This document shows, one piece after another, positions 12,915 through 23,376 of a DNA stretch of 64,000 nt; position 1 is the first letter of the stretch; each line of letters opens with the position of its first letter. Location of the stretch: contig NC_068984.1 of the NCBI RefSeq assembly GCF_001194135.2, positions 6,539,301 to 6,603,300 on the forward strand. Reading direction: 5' to 3'. The stretch is from Octopus bimaculoides (Eukaryota). Position numbers and translations under genes: made by a program. Under the pieces are notes generated by a model. That model searched no databases and had not been told where the DNA came from. It was given only the letters and a program-made list of their open reading frames with translations.

Positions 12915-14856
12915 TGTTTATTTCTGTCGCTATTTTTTCCTCTAAATTATGACACTTTGATAGAGACGACGCCAGCTAGCCTGGCCGATTCTATCTCATT
13001 TTCTCATTCTCTCTTTTATTTTTCTGCCTCTCTCTCTCTCTTCCTCTCTTTATTTTTCTCTCTTTGTAATGAATTATTCTTTCAAATAACTTGCAATGAC
13101 CAAATGCGAAGTAAAGACTAATAACAAAAACGTAAACAGTTGAATTAAAGAAAGAAAAAAAATAATTATTAGAAATATTAAAAAGAGAAAAATGAACGAA
13201 AAAGAAGCAATTCAAATAAAACAACGTTTATTTTCATTTCTTCTCAAACATTTTATATTAAGATTACGAGAAGACAAACACAACAAACGGAATAACAAAT
13301 ATCGGAAACAATGCTAATCATCTGTATAAAAACGAATGCAATACAGTAGCATACATATGTAAACAACCATACAATACGTATTTGTATATATAAATATATA
13401 TGTATACATATATAAATCTACATGAATATGCATACACACACAAGAATATATACATATATATAAATATATACATATATATGGGACCGTGTGCACGCGTATA
13501 GAAAAAATTGATATCAGGAAAAAATACAAGGCTTGTTTTAGTTATCTTTAGCTTTTCTTTTTATTCATTTCATTTCGTTTTATTTCATCGTCTTTTTTGG
13601 TGGGGTTGGTTTTAATATATTCCGAATAGTTGTAGACACATCAACAACTGTTTAATGAAATCTTTTGTTTGTTGCTCGCTGAGTGAGATGTTACTGTTGC
13701 TGCAGGCTCATGATAGACGCTGACATCATTTCTTTTCTCTTTGTCCTCCATAATATCTTTTTCTTTTCCATTTCAATTACATCTATCTATCTATCTATAA
13801 ACATATATATATATACAACTACATACAGAAATATGTATATACATGTGTGTGTGTGTGTGTGTTTATGTATGCCTATATATGCACACATATATTTCTGTTT
13901 ATATATGTGTATATATATACATACGTATATATATATATATATATATNNNNNNNNNNNNNNNNNNNNNNNNNNNNNNNNNNNNNNNNNNNNNNNNNNNNNN
14001 NNNNNNNNNNNNNNNNNNNNNNNNNNNNNNNNNNNNNNNNNNNNNNNNNNNNNNNNNNNNNNNNNNNNNNNNNNNNNNNNNNNNNNNNNNNNNNNNNNNN
14101 NNNNNNNNNNNNNNNNNNNNNNNNNNNNNNNNNNNNNNNNNNNNNNNNNNNNNNNNNNNNNNNNNNNNNNNNNNNNNNNNNNNNNNNNNNNNNNNNNNNN
14201 NNNNNNNNNNNNNNNNNNNNNNNNNNNNNNNNNNNNNNNNNNNNNNNNNNNNNNNNNNNNNNNNNNNNNNNNNNNNNNNNNNNNNNNNNNNNNNNNNNNN
14301 NNNNNNNNNNNNNNNNNNNNNNNNNNNNNNNNNNNNNNNNNNNNNNNNNNNNNNNNNNNNNNNNNNNNNNNNNNNNNNNNNNNNNNNNNNNNNNNNNNNN
14401 NNNNNNNNNNNNNNNNNNNNNNNNNNNNNNNNNNNNNNNNNNNNNNNNNNNNNNNNNNNNNNNNNNNNNNNNNNNNNNNNNNNNNNNNNNNNNNNNNNNN
14501 NNNNNNNNNNNNNNNNNNNNNNNNNNNNNNNNNNNNNNNNNNNNNNNNNNNNNNNNNNNNNNNNNNNNNNNNNNNNNNNNNNNNNNNNNNNNNNNNNNNN
14601 NNNNNNNNNNNNNNNNNNNNNNNNNNNNNNNNNNNNNNNNNNNNNNNNNNNNNNNNNNNNNNNNNNNNNNNNNNNNNNNNNNNNNNNNNNNNNNNNNNNN
14701 NNNNNNNNNNNNNNNNNNNNNNNNNNNNNNNNNNNNNNNNNNNNNNNNNNNNNNNNNNNNNNNNNNNNNNNNNNNNNNNNNNNNGTGTGTGCGTGTGTGT
14801 GCGTACGTTGTACTTATAGATAACCTATGAGCGAATCGTTAAAAGCGTTGCTATAT

Positions 14857-14919
<63 letters not shown>

Positions 14920-14996
14920 CATGCATACATAAATATATATGCTTGAGTGCATGCGTGTGCATATACATATGTATTTGTGTCTCTCTATACATAAAT

Positions 14997-15150
14997 ATGG
15001 GCTGTGTGTTAAGAAGCTTGCTTCCCAATTACGTGGTCCTAGGTTCAGTCCCACTGCATAACACCTTAGGCATGTTTCTTCTACTATAGCCACGGGCCAA
15101 CCAAAGCTTTTTGAGTGGATTGATTTTGCAGACGGAAACTGAAATAAAGT
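14997..15150 (+). mobile_element. SINE family 1, 5' half
   Basis: ggctgtgtgttaagaagcttgc...ggttcagtcccactgc...accttaggcatgtttcttctactatagc...gacggaaactgaaa. Confidence 0.85.
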
Positions 15151-15219
15151 TTGTTTTTAGAATGATGTCGCTGTCGAAAAGCGAGAATTTTGCATTAAAA
15201 TTTACCGTAATTAATGTCA

Positions 15220-15285
15220 GAGCCGTTTAGCATATTGATAGCGTACTCAGCCGATATCTGAGGGGTGCAGGTTCGACTCTAATAG
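15220..15285 (+). pseudogene. Degenerate tRNA-like head (A/B boxes, anticodon arm)
   Basis: A-box-like tagcatattgatag; stem ctcag/ctgag around the 7-nt loop ccgatat; B-box ggttcgactc. No complete T-stem or acceptor stem. Confidence 0.5.
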
Positions 15286-15476
15286 CCAAATTTCTTTTCT
15301 CTTTTTCCGTCTCATACGGGTAGATATCCAATCTTTCTGTGTAGCTCTTACAGCTTTATTGCATTCGAAATTTACTTTCTTTTCTGTGAAATATGCATAT
15401 ATATATCAAAATGTAACCACATGTGAATCGTTGGCGATTTTCGTTCTCTGTCTTCCTTTCTATTGGACTTTTTTCT

Positions 15477-15511
15477 GTTTCTGAAGAAGAGCGTTGCTCG
15501 AAACGTTAAAC
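15477..15511 (+). ncRNA. Minimal type I hammerhead ribozyme motif
   Basis: GTTT-CTGAAGA-A-GAGC(GTT)GCTC-GAA-ACGT-T-AAAC: stem I GTTT/AAAC, stem II GAGC/GCTC, palindromic ACGT stem III. Confidence 0.78.
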
Positions 15512-16001
15512 CTAAGCGTCTGCTAATACTTTATATGTACCACGTCCTCACGTTGCTGTTTTTTTGTTTGTTGCTCTTTTGGGGGGATTTATTGTATATA
15601 TATATATATNNNNNNNNNNNNNNNNNNNNNNNNNNNNNNNNNNNNNNNNNNNNNNNNNNNNNNNNNNNNNNNNNNNNNNNNNNNNNNNNNNNNNNNNNNN
15701 NNNNNNNNNNNNNNNNNNNNNNNNNNNNNNNNNNNNNNNNNNNNNNNNNNNNNNNNNNNNNNNNNNNNNNNNNNNNNNNNNNNNNNNNNNNNNNNNNNNN
15801 NNNNNNNNNNNNNNNNNNNNNNNNNNNNNNNNNNNNNNNNNNNNNNNNNNNNNNNNNNNNNNNNNNNNNNNNNNNNNNNNNNNNNNNNNNNNNNNNNNNN
15901 NNNNNNNNNNNNNNNNNNNNNNNNNNNNNNNNNNNNNNNNNNNNNNNNNNNNNNNNNNNNNNNNNNNNNNNNNNNNNNNNNNNNNNNNNNNNNNNNNNNN
16001 N

Positions 16002-16055
<54 letters not shown>

Positions 16056-16247
16056 TGTGTGTCTGTGTGTGTCTTTGCTACCACCACTGCGTGGTGGGAG
16101 AACCAATATGCGATCAATCAAGCTGAAAGGTGTCAAATAAAAATCATTTGACAAAGGCAAATACCACTAACTTAAAACTGGAAATAGGCAACGCTGTGAT
16201 ATAGGCTTGTCAGAGAGCCTTTATATAGGACAAATACAGAACAGTTA

Positions 16248-16456
16248 CAGTAATCCCTCCACTATCGCGGGCGTTACGTTCCAAAACCCTCGGCGATAGG
16301 TAAAAATCCGCGAAGAAGAAACAGTACTGTATTGTATAATTTTTTTATAGTTTGTATATATTTTATTATAAATGCAAAACAACACCATGGAGGAATCGAC
16401 GTAAACTTAAACAATAAACCGCGATAGGTGAACCGCGATATGGCGAGGGATTAGTG
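16248..16456. mobile_element. Tigger/pogo-like MITE
   Basis: Imperfect TIRs cagtaatccctccactatcgcgg and ccgcgatatggcgagggattagtg; TA on both sides (16246-47, 16457-58); 209 bp. Confidence 0.85.
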
Positions 16457-16706
16457 TATATAGAAATGTTAAGGAGACGCGATGTAGGATATTGACGGGT
16501 ACAACGGGAGGGGAATTATTCACTTGAAAGTAAGTTGCATTGCAAAATAATCAAGTTCGTAATTACTGAAAACGGGACATCTATAATTTTTTTCTACTTT
16601 CACTCATAATTACGACCTTAAAAGTAAAATGTCTTTTAATTTAGTTGTTGGAAAGGGAATAAAAATTCGAATATTCTCGAAATTTTTAGAAAGTTCAAAA
16701 GCAGTG

Positions 16707-16973
16707 TGGAAGTACGTAGTCTAGTGGTTAGAGCAGCGGACTCACGGTCGAGGAATCGTGGGTTCGAATCTCAGACCGGGCGATGTGTGTGTTTATGAAC
16801 GAAACACCTAAGCTCCACGCGGCACGTGCAGAAGGTAACAGCGACTCTTTTTCCACCACTTTCTCTTACTCTTTCCTCCTGCATCTAGCAACTGACCTGT
16901 GACGGACCGGCCAATGAAACCGGGTAAACCGGCCCTTATGAGCCAGGCATGGCTCGAGAAGAAACAAACAACA
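16707..16973 (+). mobile_element. SINE family 3 head and body with an alternative 3' tail
   Basis: A-box tagtctagtggttag, B-box gggttcgaatc; body matches 23822 and 45350 copies to ...actctttcctcctg, then diverges. Confidence 0.82.
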
Positions 16974-17786
16974 AACTAAAGCAGTGGTTCTTAACCATTT
17001 TTTTCTTTTCTTGTAGCACCCCTCCCCTTTAAGTAGTTATGCATAGCGCCCACCTAAGTGGCGAATGAGGTATCACGACTAAACTAACATAACATGGATG
17101 ATTTATAGATTTAACCCTCAAAATGGATTGTACAAGCTTTTAACAGAGAAATGATAACAGATTAATAAAGACAACAGTTGTAAATTTATTTTATACATTG
17201 CAAGCCAATGACTTCTCAGTGTTCGATGAGATCCAACTAAATTTTCTATATCAGGTTCAATGTTAGTCAAAAGAATTCGCAGAGTTATTTGATTTCGTTG
17301 TTTATTCAGCAATTGCGATACTGTACTGAATCCTTTCTCTGATAGATATAAAGAAAATCAATGAACAATAATTTAATTCCTTGCCAAAATTGAGAATACT
17401 TGTTTTGCATCTTGGGCCAGGATGATTCATATGCAAGCAGTTGAAAATATACTTGAGTTTCGAAATCCTTTTTTGTCGATAAAATTTCTTCATTTTAACT
17501 TGAGTGAGCAGACATGACATCAGAAGAAAAAATGGATTTACAACCCAACAGGTACTTTAAGATATGTAAAATCTTTAATCTTTGTCATTAAGTCTTCTTT
17601 CAGTGTCTGCAGATGAGAACAATAGTAATCTATATTAATATCAAATATGGAACTGACATCATTGTCTTCTATTAGGAGCAGGTTTGGAAACTGTAAAAAT
17701 ATCTCTCCTCCATAACCTCATTTTGTTGAATGCTAATTTGCTGATAAACGCATTTAAAGTTGCTTTTGCTTTCATCAATTTCATAT

Positions 17787-18019
17787 TACATTATTTACAT
17801 TTGACGGATATTTGTCCTCATCTTGTTTGTTGTTAACACAACGTTTCGGCTGATATACCTTCTAGCCTTCATCAGGTGTCTCTGGGAAATTTCGAACCTA
17901 GGTTCTCATACCTAAGGTATTTTTCAATATTATTATTATTAGTATTCAAGTCACTGCTTGGAATCGAACTCATAATCTTGGGGTTAGTAGCCCGCGCTCT
18001 TAACCACTACACCATATAC
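17787..18019 (-). mobile_element. tRNA-headed SINE-like element with a hammerhead-bearing Penelope-type tail
   Basis: A-box tggtgtagtggtta (18014-18001), B-box gagttcgattcc (17971-17960), short AAT tract, HHR at 17880-17835. Possible 5-bp TSD catat at 17782-86 and 18019-23. Confidence 0.8.
17835..17880 (-). ncRNA. Minimal type I hammerhead ribozyme motif
   Basis: GACAC-CTGATGA-A-GGCT(AGAAGGTATATC)AGCC-GAA-ACGT-T-GTGTT; core intact. Confidence 0.82.
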
Positions 18020-18425
18020 ATATCCTGATCAAATGAATTAAGAAGTTCGAAAGAAAATCATTGAGATCATGAAAACACATTAAACAATTTTCATTCGAGC
18101 GCCATCGCACCTCAGTGTGAAGCAACAAACGCTTAAATTTCTCCTTCTTTTAAATGGCAATGCTTCCTCAAGATGTGATGATTGTGTGGATGAGTTTTGA
18201 ATGTTTTATTGTTTTAATTACACCATTACTTTAGTCACTAAAATGACGTTATTCCGTTCAAGTCGACTTATTGTGCAACAAAGCCAGAGTCGATCCTGAA
18301 GCGTAAATATCCCAAAGGCAGCAACTATACTGAGATAAGGAATACTGCAACGAGGGAACCTCAAAGCAGACTTGAAATAGCAACTAAACATCCCTCCACT
18401 CTAATTCTAGCACTTAAAAAAAAAT

Positions 18426-18707
18426 CTGGTACTTATTCTATCGCTCTGTTTTGCCGAACCGCTAGATTACAGGGATGTAAACACACCAACACACCAGTTG
18501 TCAAGCGGTGCAGTGTCACACAGGCACACACACACACACATACGACGGGTTTATTTCAGTTTCCGTCTACCAAATCCACTCACAAGTCTTTGGTCGACCC
18601 GAAGCTGTAGCAGAGGACACTTACCCAAAGTGCCATACAGTGGGACTGAACCCGGAACGATGTCCATGGGAAGAAGAATCCTTACTACACAGCCACGTGA
18701 ATGCCTT
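18426..18707 (-). mobile_element. SINE family 1 copy lacking the 3' tail
   Basis: gtacttattctatcg...ccgaaccgctag...tttccgtctaccaaatccactcacaag...cagtgggactgaacccgg. Confidence 0.88.
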
Positions 18708-19379
18708 TGCAGAAAGAGTTGAGTCAGTCACGGTTGGAACACCTTTGTTATTAGGTTTGTTCGATCAGTCCTGGCTTGGAACCTTAACAACAACAACAAA
18801 ACGTTTAAATTTTATACATAAATATGTTCTACATTTAATCCTAGATTAATCCTTAATTGTCCAAAATAACATTAGGCAAAAATATGTCTCCTCATTTTTC
18901 AAAATGTTCTCGTGGTATTTAGATCCCATCGAATAAAAATATCTGTGAAAGCGGAGTATTTATGGAGAAATTTAATTGATAAATTTATATAAATATAAAG
19001 ACTTGCGACTTAGTGATAATCTAAATCAAGTGGATGGATTTAAGTAAACAATCTCTTTTACAAGAAAAACAGATTAAAATAATAAAAACATAGGAACTCC
19101 CCACCCAACAAAAACAACATTGACAAACACGTAAATAACCAGGGACAAGCAAAGAGAGAGATTTGCTACAGTAAACATTATAGAAAGACTAATATGTGTA
19201 TATGTAATATAATATAGAGATATATACAATACGCAGTATTTGTATCTGTAATATAACATACACACACACACACATATATATATACACATACGGATACAAC
19301 ACAAAGAATATCTAAATCGCGTGGCACCGAGGAGCTTGCTTTTGGTGGTGCAGTGAAAGCATGGACAACATAACAGAAT

Positions 19380-19404
19380 TACTACTACTACTACTACTAC
19401 TACT

Positions 19405-19448
<44 letters not shown>

Positions 19449-19463
19449 TAATAATAATAATAA
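19380..19463. repeat. (ACT)n/(AAT)n microsatellite
   Basis: Direct reading. Confidence 0.95.
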
Positions 19464-19979
19464 GCACTGGCTCTCCTGGCTCCTGATCTTAACTGATTGG
19501 AAGCGTTATCATATTTTATCTTTGTATAAAAGGTGGGCAACAGCAAATATTCTGCATAATACCACAGATTTGCTTGTCAGTTGTTTGACCATAACCAGTT
19601 GAGTATGTCCCTTAGTGGCTGACGATATGTGCATCTCTGATCATGAGCAGAAGTAGTGGAAGAGCATCATAGGCATGTGTTGAGAGGAATTCTTTGGGGT
19701 TTGAATAATTCACCTTTGGAAACATTGGAATTCGTTCAACACCCCTAAACAACCCTTATCCAGGGACCTTTTGAGTGGGATGTGCTACTCGACCTCAAAA
19801 GAATTCTAACTGGGCCCCGGGTCATGCGCTGTTTATCCAGATATGAAATCACCATGTCGCACACATATGGTTGCGATGCATGTGCCTGGTGTACCCTTAT
19901 CAGACGGGTAGTCAAGATGGGTATAAAGGGCTTCGTATATTTTATTGTCGCTTTGATGGCATTCACTTCTCTCTCAGTC
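19464..19979. mobile_element. Probable non-coding interspersed element embedded in an (AAT)n tract
   Basis: Complex, higher-GC 516-bp block flanked by AAT repeats on both sides. It resembles an abundant octopus repeat I recall, but only one copy is present here. Confidence 0.4.
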
Positions 19980-20004
19980 AATAATATTAATAATCTTTTC
20001 TAAT

Positions 20005-20185
20005 AAAGGCCTGGAATTCGTGGAAGTAGGTAAGTCGATTACATCGACTCCAGCGCTCAACTTATTTCATCAACTCCAAAGGAATGAAAGGCAGAGTCGA
20101 CCTCGGTGGAATTTGAACTCACAAAGTAAAGACGGGCGAAATGCCCCTCAGCATTTCGCCTGGCGTGCTAACGATTCTGCCAGCT
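20005..20185 (-). mobile_element. SINE family 2 copy
   Basis: gaaaggcagagtcgacctcggtggaatttgaactc...gtgctaacgattctgccagctc. Confidence 0.88.
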
Positions 20186-20515
<330 letters not shown>

Positions 20516-21513
20516 GCGTTGAAGATAAAATTTTGATTGCTTAAATTTATGGAGGATGTTGATTTAATCCAAATTTTATCCAGATCTATGACAGACGCGG
20601 ATTTCTGTTGAATTCAGCTACCAAGGTATTAGAACACCAATANNNNNNNNNNNNNNNNNNNNNNNNNNNNNNNNNNNNNNNNNNNNNNNNNNNNNNNNNN
20701 NNNNNNNNNNNNNNNNNNNNNNNNNNNNNNNNNNNNNNNNNNNNNNNNNNNNNNNNNNNNNNNNNNNNNNNNNNNNNNNNNNNNNNNNNNNNNNNNNNNN
20801 NNNNNNNNNNNNNNNNNNNNNNNNNNNNNNNNNNNNNNNNNNNNNNNNNNNNNNNNNNNNNNNNNNNNNNNNNNNNNNNNNNNNNNNNNNNNNNNNNNNN
20901 NNNNNNNNNNNNNNNNNNNNNNNNNNNNNNNNNNNNNNNNNNNNNNNNNNNNNNNNNNNNNNNNNNNNNNNNNNNNNNNNNNNNNNNNNNNNNNNNNNNN
21001 NNNNNNNNNNNNNNNNNNNNNNNNNNNNNNNNNNNNNNNNNNNNNNNNNNNNNNNNNNNNNNNNNNNNNNNNNNNNNNNNNNNNNNNNNNNNNNNNNNNN
21101 NNNNNNNNNNNNNNNNNNNNNNNNNNNNNNNNNNNNNNNNNNNNNNNNNNNNNNNNNNNNNNNNNNNNNNNNNNNNNNNNNNNNNNNNNNNNNNNNNNNN
21201 NNNNNNNNNNNNNNNNNNNNNNNNNNNNNNNNNNNNNNNNNNNNNNNNNNNNNNNNNNNNNNNNNNNNNNNNNNNNNNNNNNNNNNNNNNNNNNNNNNNN
21301 NNNNNNNNNNNNNNNNNNNNNNNNNNNNNNNNNNNNNNNNNNNNNNNNNNNNNNNNNNNNNNNNNNNNNNNNNNNNNNNNNNNNNNNNNNNNNNNNNNNN
21401 NNNNNNNNNNNNNNNNNNNNNNNNNNNNNNNNNNNNNNNNNNNNNNNNNNNNNNNNNNNNNNNNNNNNNNNNNNNNNNNNNNNNNNNNNNNNNNNNNNNN
21501 NNNNNNNNNNNNN

Positions 21514-21569
<56 letters not shown>

Positions 21570-21889
21570 TACATATACACGAACAAGTCTGATAAAGGCA
21601 ATGCTGCGTTATAAAGAATAAGTTTTGATGGCTATAAAAGATTTCTTCACTTTATCAAGCCACATTGCCAATAACCGTATTTCCATAGACAGAACAGCAT
21701 ATTAATAGTATCTGGCGAATATTTACTACGGGAATTATGGTTACATAGTTGATGCCACAGGGAGATATCTAGACCGGAATCAGCGCTCATTAATCTTCTC
21801 CCTACCGTTTCAAGAACCGACCACTTATCCCCATCTTTCTCTTTCGCAGTATTGCTCTACCGTTAATCTGATACGAAACGAAATATCTC

Positions 21890-21948
21890 ACTATTATTAT
21901 TATTACTATTATTATTATTATTATGATTATTATTACTATTATTATTAT

Positions 21949-22010
<62 letters not shown>

Positions 22011-22034
22011 TCATTAAAATTATCATCATCATCA

Positions 22035-22078
<44 letters not shown>

Positions 22079-22275
22079 GTTATTGTTATTATACTGAAAA
22101 TGAAAAATAAACAATTTAAAAATATTCAAAAATATCGTTATTATTATTGTTGTTGTTCTTGTTGATGTTGCCGTTGGTGATGATGACGATGCTGTTGTTG
22201 TTGTTGTGCATGATGAGGATGATGACGATGATGATGATGATGATGATGATGATATTGACGATTGTGATGATGATA
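21890..22275. repeat. Compound (TAT)/(TAC)/(GTT)/(GAT) microsatellite
   Basis: Direct reading. Confidence 0.93.
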
Positions 22276-22340
22276 TAGCTACTATTAATTTATAATTTTC
22301 GGATATTTAATTTTTTTCTTATTTTCATTATTCAAGGAAT

Positions 22341-22543
22341 GAATGTGGCGAGCTGGCTGAATCTTTAGCACGCCAGACAAAATGATTACATTCTTTACAT
22401 CCTGCGTTCAAATTCCGCCGAAGTCGACTTTGTCTTTCATCCTTTCGGAGTCGATAAATAAACGACCAGCGAAACACTAGGATCAACGTAATCGACTTAT
22501 CCCCTCTTCCAAAATTACTGCCCTTGTGGCAAAATTTGAAACC

Positions 22544-22544
<1 letters not shown>
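22341..22544 (+). mobile_element. SINE family 2 copy ending in a (TTA)n tail (22545-22579)
   Basis: gtggcgagctggc head, family core, tail gcccttgtggcaaaatttgaaaccg then (tta)n. Confidence 0.88.
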
Positions 22545-22579
<35 letters not shown>

Positions 22580-23376
22580 TCTCTTTATCCCAGGTTTTGT
22601 AAGAACACCTGGAGTCATGAATGCGTAGCAGGCTTTCCTCCCGCAGTGTACGGCACCATGCTATCAGTTGTTTTCAACTGTCTAATACTTTCTTGATTAT
22701 TCTGGCTGTGCCAAGGAAGGGGGCAAACCTTTTTAAACAGTTCTACTAAATATTTTGTCCGGCGTACTAACAGTTCTACTCTATTCCAATTTCCTTTATA
22801 TTCCTCTTGATGCCTTCTGATACTATCCCTAAGGAACCAATAATAATTGGTATTATCTTCACCGTCTTTTTTTTTTTGCCATAGCCTCGCTATTTCGTAC
22901 TTAAGAGGGTTGTATTTATCTATTTTTTTCGTCTTCTTAACTATTGGTGGGACAAAGAGACACACACCAACTATATAGCACATGTGGTGTATCTTGCCGT
23001 CCACCACTAGGTTCGGTCTGTTATGCACTAGCACCTGATTTGTTTGGATTGGGAAATCCCAGAAGATTTTGCAAGTCTATGACCCTGACACTCTCTGCGG
23101 TCTGTGCTCATACCACGTCTTTCCCCCATTTTTTGCACAGTTTCCAACGTAGCACTTTCGCTACGCCTTTCCTTCCTTCTCTACTTTCAATACTCCCTCC
23201 TTCCTAACTCCCTCCTTCCTAACTGTCACTAGCAAAGTTTCCTTACTTTGGGATAAATATCTCATTAAGCTCTCGAGTTCGATACGTACGTAGTCTTCCA
23301 TACTCATCAGACCTCTTCTTCCATTTGCTCTCTTCATGTATAGGCGATCAGTGTCTGCACGTGGATGATGGGCTCC
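22580..23376 (-). mobile_element. R4/Dong LINE, family A: 5'-truncated, internally deleted, with 3' UTR
   Basis: GAHHPRADTDRLYMKRANGRRGL; KIFWDFPIQTNQVLVHNRPNLVV; KYNPLKYEIARLW..VKIIPIIIGSLG; LGTARIIKKVLDS*. The 3' UTR runs into (AAT)n. Confidence 0.88.

Larger units (their letters stand above)
16982..18200 (-). mobile_element. hAT (Buster/Charlie-type) transposon, 3' part, with decayed transposase; interrupted by the HHR-SINE
   Basis: TIR cagtggttcttaacc at 16982 preceded by the 8-mer aacTAaag (Buster-type nnnTAnnn site). Minus-strand remnants KRLLLHTEVRW, LMKAKATLNAFISKL, YLSEKGFSTVSQLLNKQRN, RILLTNIEPDIENLV. Confidence 0.85.

Noticed and set aside
15220-15285. Functional tRNA-Ile(GAT) gene
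   Set aside because: T-stem, D-stem and acceptor stem do not pair; kept only as a tRNA-like head.
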